A program made the translations under genes and the position numbers. Shown here piece after piece: positions 38,110-47,997 of a stretch of DNA of 64,000 nt. Numbering within the stretch: the first letter of the stretch is position 1; each line of letters begins with the position of its first letter. A model generated the notes under the pieces. That model was not told where the DNA came from and searched no databases. It was given only the letters and a program-made list of their open reading frames with translations. Source of the stretch: Candidatus Latescibacterota bacterium (GTDB lineage: Bacteria; Latescibacterota; UBA2968; UBA8231); the NCBI GenBank assembly GCA_965197905.1, contig CBDAOB010000003.1, forward strand, positions 832,001-896,000. The letters are read 5' to 3'.

Positions 38110-38152
38110 GCTCGTTGCGGGACGCAAAAGTGCAGAACCCTAAGGTTCCCCG

Positions 38153-39055
38153 TTGAGCGGGACCTCCGGTTCCAGCCAACACCTCAAAGGTATTCTGCTC
38201 GCCCTGGCTGGGGTCGTCGTCATAAGCCCCGATGGCCTGCTGATCCGTCTCATCTCTCTCGACCACTGGACCCTGCTGTTCTGGAGAGGGGTCCTGATCG
38301 CTGTAGCTCTATCCTCGGCACAGCTGGTCATGCGCGGTCGCACCATAGTTGCGGCATTTACTGCTATCGGTCGCCTCGGTCTTGTGGCTTCCCTGGTTCG
38401 CGGCATCGGCATGGTATTTTTCGTCCTGGCGATCCGCCACACTACCGTCGCAAACACCCTCATCATCCTCGGACTGTCACCGCTTTGGGGAGCGGTATTG
38501 AGTCGTCTTTTTCCGCGGGAAGCGGTACCGTTGCGTACCTGGATGGCTATTCCGGTGGCGCTCGGTGGGATTGCGCTGACAGTTTCAGCGGACTACGGCG
38601 GCGTGAAATCGGGGGATCTCTTTGCGATAGTGGGATCGGTCTCGATTGCCATCTACGTCACTCTCGTACGCAAGGTGCGCCATCTGGATATGACCCCCAG
38701 CTTGACTATCAGCTCTCTCTTCGTGGCGCTAGCCGTCTTACCACTGTCCACACCTGCGGCACTGGGACTGCGAGACGCCGCCCTGCTGGGCATCATGGGA
38801 TTGGTGGTGATGCCGGTTTCTCTCGTCTTGTTCGTGATGGCACCGCGCCATATTCTGGCGCCCGAGGTCAGCCTGATCTTCCTGCTGGAGATGGCGTTGG
38901 GCCCGTACTGGGTATGGCTCGCTCTGGGTGAGCAACCACCTGCCCTGGTCATCACCGGTGGAGGCGTAGTTATGGCAACCCTTGCCGTGCACACCGGGCT
39001 GGCACTACGCGAGTCGATGGTCCAGCGCCAATCCGCATCGACTGCGCCAGCCTAA
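38153..39055 (+). CDS. DMT/EamA family transporter
   Basis: About 10 TM helices; SPDGLLIR, TTVANTL, APRHILAPEVSL and LGPYWVW..GE.P. Confidence 0.88.
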   Translation: MSGTSGSSQHLKGILLALAGVVVISPDGLLIRLISLDHWTLLFWRGVLIAVALSSAQLVMRGRTIVAAFTAIGRLGLVASLVRGIGMVFFVLAIRHTTVANTLIILGLSPLWGAVLSRLFPREAVPLRTWMAIPVALGGIALTVSADYGGVKSGDLFAIVGSVSIAIYVTLVRKVRHLDMTPSLTISSLFVALAVLPLSTPAALGLRDAALLGIMGLVVMPVSLVLFVMAPRHILAPEVSLIFLLEMALGPYWVWLALGEQPPALVITGGGVVMATLAVHTGLALRESMVQRQSASTAPA

Positions 39056-40383
39056 TGAACGAAAATCCGAACACGACTACCGATCAAAGCCTGACAGATG
39101 AAGAGTGCCGCCGCGGTCAATCTTTGTTGATCGGCTCCTCATCGTCCGCCAGGTTTGCAGGCCATCTGATCGGGTCCACCGCTTCGCTGTTCCTGCTGGG
39201 GTTGGGGGCATCCCCGTTTCATCTGGGGGTTCTGGAAACCCTCTCCAACAGCAGCAGACTCCTGCGGGTCGTCGGTGTGCAGGCGTTGCGCGAAACAACA
39301 AAAGCACAGCTGCTCTTCCGCATGCGTGTGCTGTCTGCTCCCGTCATTCTGGGTTTGGCGATGTTGGCGTACTTCGGACACGTGGACTCCAGGTACATGT
39401 GGATCGCCATACTCACAATCGCCAGCCGTTTCGCCATGATTCAGATCGGAATGGCCGCCTGGTGGCCTCTGGTTCAGGACAACACTACACGGGCATCGTT
39501 GCCCATGTTTTTGGCGCGCCTGAGGATGGCGGGTCGCGGCGTCGAGCTTGTGCTTCCCCTCTTCGTCGGGTGGTACCTGGGATCCCAACCCGCCGTCGAA
39601 CGTTTCGGCTGGCTCTACGTCGCCGCATTTCTGGTCACGATGGTGTCGGCCTGGCTGGTGCGCCGGGTCAGGGAGCTCCCTTCCGAGCGGCCCACGGAAG
39701 GGCTGAGACATCGATTCTTTGCTGCCTTGAAAATTCGCGACCTGCAGCGATACTGCCTTTTCAACGGCACGATGAATCTGATCCACGCGGCATCGCTGCC
39801 TTTCTGGGTCGTGGTGTTCACCCAGCGGGGCATGCCGATCCTGTATTTCGTGTGGATGATCTCGGTCCGTTCGTTGGGTCACCTGGCAACGCTGTATTTC
39901 TGGGGTCGACTGGTTCAGTCTCACGGTTCCCGAGCAGCCATCAGCCTCGCACTCGGTGGTATGTTTGTTCTGGCACCGTTCTGGCAGCTCTTGCCAAGCG
40001 GCAGCCTGAACCTGATTCTTGCGGCCGGATTTTTCTATTTCATGTGGGGCGCCTTCGAAGCCGGCTTACAGAGCGGCCAGACTCCAGTCATGATGGAGTC
40101 GGTTGCAACCGAATACCGCGCTGAAGGTTTCACGGTGTCGATGTACTCCATCGCCCTGGGCGGTGGCATCGGCGGACTCGTCGGTGGATTGATCTTCGAG
40201 CAATTGAACGAGATTCCTAGCGACGCACTGTCATGGGAGCCGGAGCTGCTCTACCTCAGCGTGGCGCACTTATTGTCCGTGCCGTTGTGGCTATTGAGTC
40301 GCAATCTGAAAGGCGCTAGGGAGCAGCTATCGGCACGGGAATTCGTGCGCCGTCGGCTACTCAAGCGCAGACGGTCGACCTAG
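39055..40383 (+). CDS. MFS transporter
   Basis: About 12 TM helices in two halves; WGRLVQSHGSR resembles MFS motif A; start overlaps the upstream stop (TAATG). Confidence 0.75.
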   Translation: MNENPNTTTDQSLTDEECRRGQSLLIGSSSSARFAGHLIGSTASLFLLGLGASPFHLGVLETLSNSSRLLRVVGVQALRETTKAQLLFRMRVLSAPVILGLAMLAYFGHVDSRYMWIAILTIASRFAMIQIGMAAWWPLVQDNTTRASLPMFLARLRMAGRGVELVLPLFVGWYLGSQPAVERFGWLYVAAFLVTMVSAWLVRRVRELPSERPTEGLRHRFFAALKIRDLQRYCLFNGTMNLIHAASLPFWVVVFTQRGMPILYFVWMISVRSLGHLATLYFWGRLVQSHGSRAAISLALGGMFVLAPFWQLLPSGSLNLILAAGFFYFMWGAFEAGLQSGQTPVMMESVATEYRAEGFTVSMYSIALGGGIGGLVGGLIFEQLNEIPSDALSWEPELLYLSVAHLLSVPLWLLSRNLKGAREQLSAREFVRRRLLKRRRST

Positions 40384-40493
40384 GGAAGCAAGGCCGCGAT
40401 CGTTCGGCGCTAGAGGCGTATCCGGCCGGTTCGCACTGGTGCAAAGTGGGTGCGGCTTTAGTTTCTTACCCCTGCAATTCAGGAGGAAGCAAA

Positions 40494-41510
40494 ATGGCTG
40501 GCAATACCGTTCTATTCGTTTCGCTGACCGGCGACGAAGCGATCAAACTGTTCAATCTCGACACCGACTCGGGGGCGCTGAGCCTGCGGGCGACCAGCGG
40601 TGCCCACGGTCCGACAGGAGCATTGTTTCTTCACCCCGACAAGGACAAACTGCTGCTGGCCCATGTGGGTTCGTCGACCCTGGCGAGCCTCAACCTCGAT
40701 CGCGCTTCGGGTGAGATGACGTTGATTAACCAGGTGGACACGGGAATCGGAACACCCGCCCATCTGATAACCGATCGGGCCGGCCGCTTCCTGCTCACCG
40801 CTTTCTATGGCGGCGGCGGTGTAACTGTACACCAGCTGGGCGAAGACGGCTCCATCGGTGAACTCGTGCAACGCATCGATACCGGCATCAAGGCCCACTG
40901 CATTCAGTTGGACGCGTCTGAGCGTTTCGTCTTCGTTCCGCACGTCTGCCCGAACAACAAGACCAGCCAGTTTAGCTTCGATAACAAGAGCGGCCAACTT
41001 ACGCCGAACGAACCGGAAGAGGTGGCGCCACCCGACGACAACACGGGCCCTCGCCATCTCTGTTTCTCGAACGACGGCGACACGGTATACATCGTCAATG
41101 AGCAGGGGAACACAGCCACCGCGCATCGCTTCGACGAAGAGAGCGGCACGCTGACGATGTTCCAACACCTGGATACGCTGCCTGCTGGTGCTGACCGCAG
41201 CGGGCACACTGCCCACATCGAGATGCATCCAAACTCAAAGTGGGTTTACGCTTCCAATCGCGGACACGACAGTATCGTTGGGTTCAACGTCGACAGCGAC
41301 GGTTCACTGAGCCCGTTCGGTCATTTCTCCGTTCCGTCCAGTCCACGTTCGTTCAACGTCGAGCCCGGAGGACGTTTTCTATACTGTGCTGGGGAATCCG
41401 CCGGCCGCATGGTTGTGTTTCGCGTCGATGCGGAATCGGGCGAGCTGGATAGGACGGCGGAATTCGACGTGGGGAAGAGTCCCTTCTGGGTGATGACAGC
41501 TACGCTTTAG
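40494..41510 (+). CDS. Lactonase, 7-bladed beta-propeller (6-phosphogluconolactonase Pgl/YbhE family)
   Basis: KAHCI, TGPRHL, IVNE, YASNRGHDSI and SPRSF; RBS AGGAGG before ATG 40494. Confidence 0.88.
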   Translation: MAGNTVLFVSLTGDEAIKLFNLDTDSGALSLRATSGAHGPTGALFLHPDKDKLLLAHVGSSTLASLNLDRASGEMTLINQVDTGIGTPAHLITDRAGRFLLTAFYGGGGVTVHQLGEDGSIGELVQRIDTGIKAHCIQLDASERFVFVPHVCPNNKTSQFSFDNKSGQLTPNEPEEVAPPDDNTGPRHLCFSNDGDTVYIVNEQGNTATAHRFDEESGTLTMFQHLDTLPAGADRSGHTAHIEMHPNSKWVYASNRGHDSIVGFNVDSDGSLSPFGHFSVPSSPRSFNVEPGGRFLYCAGESAGRMVVFRVDAESGELDRTAEFDVGKSPFWVMTATL

Positions 41511-41592
41511 ACAATCTCGCTTCAGGGATTTTCTGGCATCGGGCAATTGCATCCATGTGCGCCCAATCCAGGGTGAACTGCGGTGACGGAGA

Positions 41593-42384
41593 ATGGAGCC
41601 ATTCTTGCGTAGGCTAAGTACGGAACAGCTCACTTCGTTCAAAGTCGACGGATTTCTCACCGTTGAAAACGTGCTGACCGACGACGAAGTCGATTCCCTT
41701 GCCGAACGTGCCGATCTGATCGCCTCAGGCAACGCCGAGCACATCCCCGAAAAATGTATTCAGCAAGAGCAGGTTTTTCGAAGGGGCGAACGTGAGGTCA
41801 CCGACCAGGTCCTATCGGTGCGCAAACTCCACATGTTGGCCGTGAACGACGAGGTGATGTGGCAACATGCGACCAACCCCAAAATCGTCGACATCATCGC
41901 TGATCTTCTGGGTACCGACGACATCAAACTTTACAACGATCAGCTGTTCATGAAGGCACCGGAAACCGGCACTGCGCAGGGTTGGCATCGAGATTCGGGG
42001 TCATGGAGGGATATCTTTCCGATGGATCTGGTCTCCGCTTGGACCGCCATCGACGACGCCACCCTGGAGAACGGCTGCCTCAATTTCGCGGTGGGCACTC
42101 ACCGGTGGGGAATGATCTCGAACACGGTTCGAAGTGCGTTGGTCGACGAGCTGAATGGCGGGCAATGGCCAGTGAAACCGGCTCCCCTCAATCGCGGAAG
42201 CGTCAGCTTCCATCACAGCCTCACCCTGCATCAGAGTGGCGCCAACACCTCATCCAAACGCCGGCGTGGGTACGCCACTCACTACATGCGTGCTACCTCC
42301 GTCAAGGACGAAGCCGTAACCGACGCTCCAAAGGTTCCTCCCTTCAAGCAGGTGAGAGGGCGATCGTTACCGGGACACGTCTAA
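41593..42384 (+). CDS. PhyH-family Fe/2OG dioxygenase
   Basis: DQLFMK, GWHRD, WTAIDDATLENGCL and FHHSLTLHQSGANTS..RR. Confidence 0.92.
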   Translation: MEPFLRRLSTEQLTSFKVDGFLTVENVLTDDEVDSLAERADLIASGNAEHIPEKCIQQEQVFRRGEREVTDQVLSVRKLHMLAVNDEVMWQHATNPKIVDIIADLLGTDDIKLYNDQLFMKAPETGTAQGWHRDSGSWRDIFPMDLVSAWTAIDDATLENGCLNFAVGTHRWGMISNTVRSALVDELNGGQWPVKPAPLNRGSVSFHHSLTLHQSGANTSSKRRRGYATHYMRATSVKDEAVTDAPKVPPFKQVRGRSLPGHV

Positions 42385-42529
42385 CCGAGTCGTTAAGAAT
42401 CGCTTGCCCTGGCGCCGTCCCTTTCGTACCGTGTGATCGACTTGCCGAAATATCTTCTTTTTTAACAGCAACTTACGGTCCGCCAGAATTCGACATTAAA
42501 GCGGTTCGAGTGCACTTGAGGGATAGTCA

Positions 42530-45484
42530 ATGAATTACGCGCGCCGAATGCGCTGGATCTTCGGGCAGATTCTGATCGCCCTGCTGGTTTTTGCCCAAAC
42601 TTCTGGCGCTCAGAAAGAGCGCACCGAGGGTGCCCCCGAAACCACCCGGTCGCGTCTGCAGCTACGCTGGGAGCGCCCTGCCTACCGCAGCTTCGCCCTC
42701 GATCCGTACACCAACTATTCGAATCACTCCGTCCCTTACGAGGATGCCCCTCGCGCGGTCTACGGACCGATGGGCAACTATCTGACTACTGGATACGATC
42801 TCTATTCCTGGTCGGAGACGCGACAGCCTGGTCAGGTTTACGGCAGTGCCATATTCAAGCCTGGCCCCCAGGGTACCCTCTGGAACAAGGTATACGATGC
42901 CACGGTAGTTGGAAGGGACGGGTACGGCGACTGGGGCTACAGCATGATTGTAGCCGATGGTATTATCTCACGGTTTTCGCCGCTGACCCTTTCCATGAGC
43001 AATATGAACGGCTTCCGACTGGACGTAACCACGCCACACCTGCAGTTCACCGGTCTGGCTTCGCGGATCGAGCGGCCACACACCTACATCTCGCGCTCGG
43101 TCTTCGTCCTCGATGATGTCTTACACGTCGCGGATGATTCGACCTTGCTTCTGGGGGGCCGGGCGCAAGCGATGCTCGGCGGTGCCCGATTGGGGCTCAA
43201 CTGGGTCAACACCCACGTCTACCACAGCACGCAGTCAGGAAATGGTCTCAAGGGGGTGCTGCGTCCGGATCAGACCTTCGCGGATTGGATCGTGGTGCGT
43301 TTTTCCGACGACTCCCCAGAGGATGGACGGGGTGGCGCAGCGGTTCAGGATGTACGCCTCATCGTCAACGGCGAAGAGCGACCGGACCTGATGCCCCGCG
43401 TATTGCGACACCCGTCCAACTACACGCCGCAGGTCGGGTCGGTCTCCGTGGCTACCGGCAGCTTTCGACCGGTGGACTACACCTCTTTTCGCGGACACCG
43501 GTTATTCTATCGCGGGCGCGACGACACTCCGTTCTACTCCGATTACTTCTACCGACTGGACCACGAAGCGGGCGTCGACGTGAGCGGGGATGCGAATCTG
43601 GTGGGCATGTTGCCTTTGATGCATGTGGAGTCGGCAGCCGAGGTGTTGCGCGCCGACGGCACCGATCAGCTCGCCTTTCTCTTCGATCTTTCCCAAGAGC
43701 CCACGGTCGAAACAGTGCAGGTCGAAGCGTTGCTGGGTAGCGACTTCCGGGTGGACGTGGCCTCTTTGACCGATGCGAACCCGCGCGGCAAGACCAACCA
43801 CGCCCGCTATTCCAGCACCTTTTACCGGGCAGTACTACGCGCAAAGGGGAACGTACAGGATCAGTCGAACTTACGGCGGGTCCGCTTCCAGGTGGGCGAG
43901 AATACCGGACTTTTCACCTACAGCGCCGATCTAAACCTGGCTCTCCCCGGTCTGGAGCTGACCGGAGAGTACGCCCGCTCGTCCCTTTACTCGCGCTACC
44001 CCGCCCGCGCCGACGGCAACTCGATGTTCGACCAGAGCAAACGGTTCTCGGAGCGTGGATCGGCCTACTACCTCAACGCCACGCACTGGTTTCGAAGGGG
44101 ACGGATCGGGGGTGAGGTCTTCGCCATCAATCCGGACTACACCACCTCCATGCGCACCTTTCTCGACAAGACCAGCGATCTGACCTACAGCAACATCTCG
44201 GGCATGCTGAACGATACGGTCTACTGGGATTTGGTGCAGGACAACGACGATGCCGATCGCTTCGCCGACCGTCGCGTCGGCAACGTGGGCGGGTTCGCGC
44301 CCGACGAAAAGCCGTTCGATCTGGATGGAGTATTCGTTGGACAGGACGCGGACAACGACGGCATCCCCGAGATCAACCGCAACTTGAATACCATCGCCGA
44401 TTTCGATGAGCCGTTCTTGATGTACGATGTCGAGCCAAACATCTACGTCTACGGGCTCGACCGCAACAACAACGACGAGCCGGATCACCGGGAAGACGAC
44501 GGGGAAGTCGACTATCCGTACGACTTCGACCAGAAAGGTATCCACCTGTTCGGGCAACTGGATCTCTCACACCGCTGGTCGCTGGGATTGGGGCGCTACG
44601 ACGTCGACCAGATCGCCGGGCCGGGCCGCAATCGCTCCACCTACGCTCTTGTCAACTATCGCTACGAGAGTCTGGCGCGACTACGCAACCTGTTCTTCGA
44701 GAACCACTATCGCCACGTGCAGGACGACATCGCCGACGTATTCGTCGTTACCGGCGAAAACGCTTCACTCGTAGAAAACTTCAGCTCGGATGGGTTACGC
44801 GTAGAGATTTCCAACGACGTCACCCGGGCAAGCACCCACAAGCCACCGATCTATACAGGCCAATTCGTGACCGACACCCGGTTCTACCAGGACAGCTACG
44901 TGAATGAGAGTTATATCGACGCCCACATCAAACCGCTCCCCGGAACCAACGTGATTCAGAAGCTGCGGTTTCGCGCCAACTGGCAGCAGGGAGGCGAGCT
45001 CTACAATCAGACCTTCCAGCGCGAGCGCCGCCTGGATTTCTGGAGCTGGGTGACCCGCGTAGATCACACCTGGCGTTGGGGGGACATCAGCTTGACGCCG
45101 CAGTACAAATTCATGCTGTTGCGGCTCACCGATCAGGACCGGGACGTGCGGCTGCTGTCGGAGATCCGCTCTATTCCGATCTTGCGGCTGGAGTATCAGA
45201 TACTTCCTCGTACCACGCTGCGCGCTGGCTTTCAGGGGCTCGGGCCGCTGCCGTACCGCCTGCGGAACGACAACGCCGGGCGCAACAGTTTCGATCAGCA
45301 CACCGCCTTTACAACCTTGACCAATCGCACCAAGTATTTCGGCTATGAGCTGATCACCGTCGCCGGTATCCTCAAGAATCGCCGGGACTACGACACCAAA
45401 TTCCAGGACCGCCGCAACTTCGACGATGTATCTTTTTTCGTGCGCACCCTGGTCGGATTCACGGAGTTCGGGCCCAAGCTATAG
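42530..45484 (+). CDS. Large secreted hypothetical protein, probable outer-membrane beta-barrel with Asp-rich Ca-binding-like loops
   Basis: Signal peptide; many amphipathic aromatic beta-strands, especially at the C-terminus; central DNDDADRFAD, DADNDGIPE and DRNNNDEPD motifs. Confidence 0.6.
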   Translation: MNYARRMRWIFGQILIALLVFAQTSGAQKERTEGAPETTRSRLQLRWERPAYRSFALDPYTNYSNHSVPYEDAPRAVYGPMGNYLTTGYDLYSWSETRQPGQVYGSAIFKPGPQGTLWNKVYDATVVGRDGYGDWGYSMIVADGIISRFSPLTLSMSNMNGFRLDVTTPHLQFTGLASRIERPHTYISRSVFVLDDVLHVADDSTLLLGGRAQAMLGGARLGLNWVNTHVYHSTQSGNGLKGVLRPDQTFADWIVVRFSDDSPEDGRGGAAVQDVRLIVNGEERPDLMPRVLRHPSNYTPQVGSVSVATGSFRPVDYTSFRGHRLFYRGRDDTPFYSDYFYRLDHEAGVDVSGDANLVGMLPLMHVESAAEVLRADGTDQLAFLFDLSQEPTVETVQVEALLGSDFRVDVASLTDANPRGKTNHARYSSTFYRAVLRAKGNVQDQSNLRRVRFQVGENTGLFTYSADLNLALPGLELTGEYARSSLYSRYPARADGNSMFDQSKRFSERGSAYYLNATHWFRRGRIGGEVFAINPDYTTSMRTFLDKTSDLTYSNISGMLNDTVYWDLVQDNDDADRFADRRVGNVGGFAPDEKPFDLDGVFVGQDADNDGIPEINRNLNTIADFDEPFLMYDVEPNIYVYGLDRNNNDEPDHREDDGEVDYPYDFDQKGIHLFGQLDLSHRWSLGLGRYDVDQIAGPGRNRSTYALVNYRYESLARLRNLFFENHYRHVQDDIADVFVVTGENASLVENFSSDGLRVEISNDVTRASTHKPPIYTGQFVTDTRFYQDSYVNESYIDAHIKPLPGTNVIQKLRFRANWQQGGELYNQTFQRERRLDFWSWVTRVDHTWRWGDISLTPQYKFMLLRLTDQDRDVRLLSEIRSIPILRLEYQILPRTTLRAGFQGLGPLPYRLRNDNAGRNSFDQHTAFTTLTNRTKYFGYELITVAGILKNRRDYDTKFQDRRNFDDVSFFVRTLVGFTEFGPKL

Positions 45485-45546
45485 GCCCCGTTAGATTCGG
45501 CCGCCGCTTCCCGCGCCATCGACTTTCACGACCAAAGGAGATCCCA

Positions 45547-46380
45547 GTGGAACGACAGCAGTTGCGCATACTGACCATATCCGCCCACCCGCACGATTGG
45601 ACCTGGTTCGCAGGCACCCTGGGGATTCACGTAGAGATGGGAGACAAGGCCACCGTCTGCATCGTCACCCACGGCGGGCGCACCCACCGCGAGGTATACC
45701 TGGACGAGCTACGAAAACCGGAAGCCGAGCGCGATCCGGAAATCCTCAACGTGCCGATCGAAAAATACACCGAACAAAAGGAAGACGAGATGCGGCGCGC
45801 TGCCGCGATATTTGGCGTTACCGACGTGCGCATGCTCGGCTTTCCGGACAAACCGTTCCTGCTTCAGGATCATCCCGACGCCATCGAGCAGCTCACCGAG
45901 CTCATCCTCGACGTGCGGCCGCATGTTCTCATAACCGAGTGTCCGTTCACTGACACGGCGCGCAAGATGGCTCACCGCACCGACCACACGGAGGTGGGAT
46001 GCGCCGCGTTGGAGGCGAAGGACCGGGCGGCGCGGCCGCGGGGTGCTCACGTTGCGCCCCACCGCATCGCGGTTACCTTCTGGCCCGGCGATCAGTTCAG
46101 CCACGACGAGCTAGACTTCGTGGTGGAGCTTTCGGAGGAATGGTTCGAGAAGCGGGTGCAGGCGGAAGCCTGTTACGAGAGCCAGGGGCACGACGAAACC
46201 TGGTCACGCCGGCGCATGATCGTCGACCTGGGCAAGGTCGGCTGGAGTGTGAAGACCAACTACGCGGAGGGGTACGTGCGCGAGCATCCGGAGCTGCTGA
46301 CCTCACTGCCCGTTCCGCAGCCGATGATCGAACAGGCCGAAGAAGGGGCGATGGAGCGCATTCGCCGCCTGAGTCACTGA
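45547..46380 (+). CDS. PIG-L/LmbE family deacetylase (variant HPHD motif), paralogue of 37252-38109
   Basis: ILTISAHPHD, HRTDHTEVG, TFWPGD and EWFEKRVQAEAC; RBS AAGGAG. Confidence 0.8.
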   Translation: MERQQLRILTISAHPHDWTWFAGTLGIHVEMGDKATVCIVTHGGRTHREVYLDELRKPEAERDPEILNVPIEKYTEQKEDEMRRAAAIFGVTDVRMLGFPDKPFLLQDHPDAIEQLTELILDVRPHVLITECPFTDTARKMAHRTDHTEVGCAALEAKDRAARPRGAHVAPHRIAVTFWPGDQFSHDELDFVVELSEEWFEKRVQAEACYESQGHDETWSRRRMIVDLGKVGWSVKTNYAEGYVREHPELLTSLPVPQPMIEQAEEGAMERIRRLSH

Positions 46381-46426
46381 AGTACCGACCGCATACGTCG
46401 GAACGCACCGTAGAAAGAAGGTATTC

Positions 46427-47899
46427 GTGAAGTTCCTTTTCCTCGATGACTTCCACGTCGAACGCATCGACAACCTGGCACGCAAGATGCACCAGCTTGA
46501 GAAGTTCCCCGGCAACGCCGTGATCCGGCCGGAGTATCGCTGGGAAAACATGACCTGCCAGATCCGCAACACCCCGGTGTGGGACCCGGAGGATCAGATC
46601 TACAAGGTGATCTACGCCGGCAAGGCGGAGGTTCTCGAGCAGGAGCTGGAAGTCGACCAGACCGGCACCGCGCCCTTGACCATCGCAGTTTGTTATGCCA
46701 CCTCCGAAGATGGCGTCAACTGGGAAAAACCTTTTCTGGGCATCTACGATTATCCGGGGCTCAACTGGAACGGCACCCGCATCGGTACCGACAACAACGT
46801 CATTCGCGACGGGGCCAGTCTGTTTACTGTTTACGACCCGAACGAAGACGATCCAAACCGTCGGTTCAAGGGAGTGATCTACCGCGACAAGGCGTTGCAT
46901 CCAATCGCCTCGCCCGATCATATCCACTGGGAGGAGCTGGGGTACCCGCCCTGTCCCACCGCCGATCAGTCCCATTTCACCTACGACGCCGACAACGGCG
47001 TGTTCATCGCCACGGTAAAACACCGCGGCCCGTACGGGCGCTCCTGGTATATCACCACCAGCGACGACTTCCAGAACTGGAGCGAGCAGCTGCTGGTCTT
47101 TCACGCCGACCAGGTGGACCAGGAGAACGGCTTCGAGCGGCTGCAACGGTTCTTCGACGATGACGCCTACCTGACGCCGGTTTACAACCGTCCCGAGGAA
47201 TGGCGCACCGACGTCTACAACTACCCGGTCTTTCCGTACGAGGGACTCTACATAGGCATGCCGGTGATGCATCACTGGTCTGGCAAACACCCGCCGCTCT
47301 ACGAGAACGTGGACAGCCGCAAGTCGGTGGAGCTCACGGTTAGCCGCGACCTGATCAACTGGGAGCGGGTGGCGAACCGTGCGCCGTTTCAGGAGCAGTC
47401 GCCGGTGGAGGACGGCCGCAACTACGACACCGGACAGATCCAGAACAGCAACGGACCGATAGTGCGCGGCGACAAGCTGTATTTCTATTACTCCGGCCTG
47501 CGGGCGCGGTCCGACACCATCGCTTCTTCCATGAATCGGGGTGGGCTCGACCATGGCGCCATCTGCATGGCGCGGCTGCGTCTTGACGGTTTCGTATCGT
47601 TGAAAGGTGGCATCGAGCCTGGCAGCATTACCACTGCACCCGTACAGATAGAAGGACGCGAGCTGCACGCCAACATCGATGCCTGGCGCGGACAGGTACG
47701 GGCCGAGGTTCTCGATCCCGCCGAGGAGAAACCGTTGTCCGGATTCAGTCTTGACGAAAGCATTCCCGCGTCGGTGGATGATATCGACGTGAGCTTGCGA
47801 TGGAAGGAGCAGGCCGATCTGTCGTCGCTCAAGGGTCGCACGGTACGTCTCCGGTTCTCTCTCCTTCGAGGAGAGATCTACTCCTTTTGGTTCGCTTAA
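46427..47899 (+). CDS. Five-bladed beta-propeller glycoside-hydrolase-like protein (subfamily B, more distant)
   Basis: LFLDD, CYATSEDGVNWEKP, DPNRRFKG, SRDLINW, LRLDGFVSL and IYSFW. Confidence 0.75.
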   Translation: MKFLFLDDFHVERIDNLARKMHQLEKFPGNAVIRPEYRWENMTCQIRNTPVWDPEDQIYKVIYAGKAEVLEQELEVDQTGTAPLTIAVCYATSEDGVNWEKPFLGIYDYPGLNWNGTRIGTDNNVIRDGASLFTVYDPNEDDPNRRFKGVIYRDKALHPIASPDHIHWEELGYPPCPTADQSHFTYDADNGVFIATVKHRGPYGRSWYITTSDDFQNWSEQLLVFHADQVDQENGFERLQRFFDDDAYLTPVYNRPEEWRTDVYNYPVFPYEGLYIGMPVMHHWSGKHPPLYENVDSRKSVELTVSRDLINWERVANRAPFQEQSPVEDGRNYDTGQIQNSNGPIVRGDKLYFYYSGLRARSDTIASSMNRGGLDHGAICMARLRLDGFVSLKGGIEPGSITTAPVQIEGRELHANIDAWRGQVRAEVLDPAEEKPLSGFSLDESIPASVDDIDVSLRWKEQADLSSLKGRTVRLRFSLLRGEIYSFWFA

Positions 47900-47997
47900 G
47901 GCGGCGAGTCGTGAATGCTTCTCCCGGTCTCTTCGAAGGGAACATGGCCCACCATTACCCCCGCCTGTTCGATTAATACGCTCCGCCCGAGGATCTC

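Noticed and set aside
38097..38150. GGCAAA...GGGACGCAAAAG...CCTAAGG resembles a c-di-GMP-I riboswitch
   Set aside because: It lacks the GNRA-capped P2 stem and the 3' half of the receptor, and it overlaps the upstream stop codon inside a 43-nt gap. Probably chance; an Infernal search with the c-di-GMP-I model would settle it.
46097..47668. 523-aa minus-strand ORF and other long antisense or alternate-frame ORFs (441-1430, 2739-3737, 8396-9439, 37120-38127, 39105-40124, 47896-49086)
   Set aside because: They shadow well-supported genes, have no motifs, and are expected in GC-rich, codon-biased DNA.
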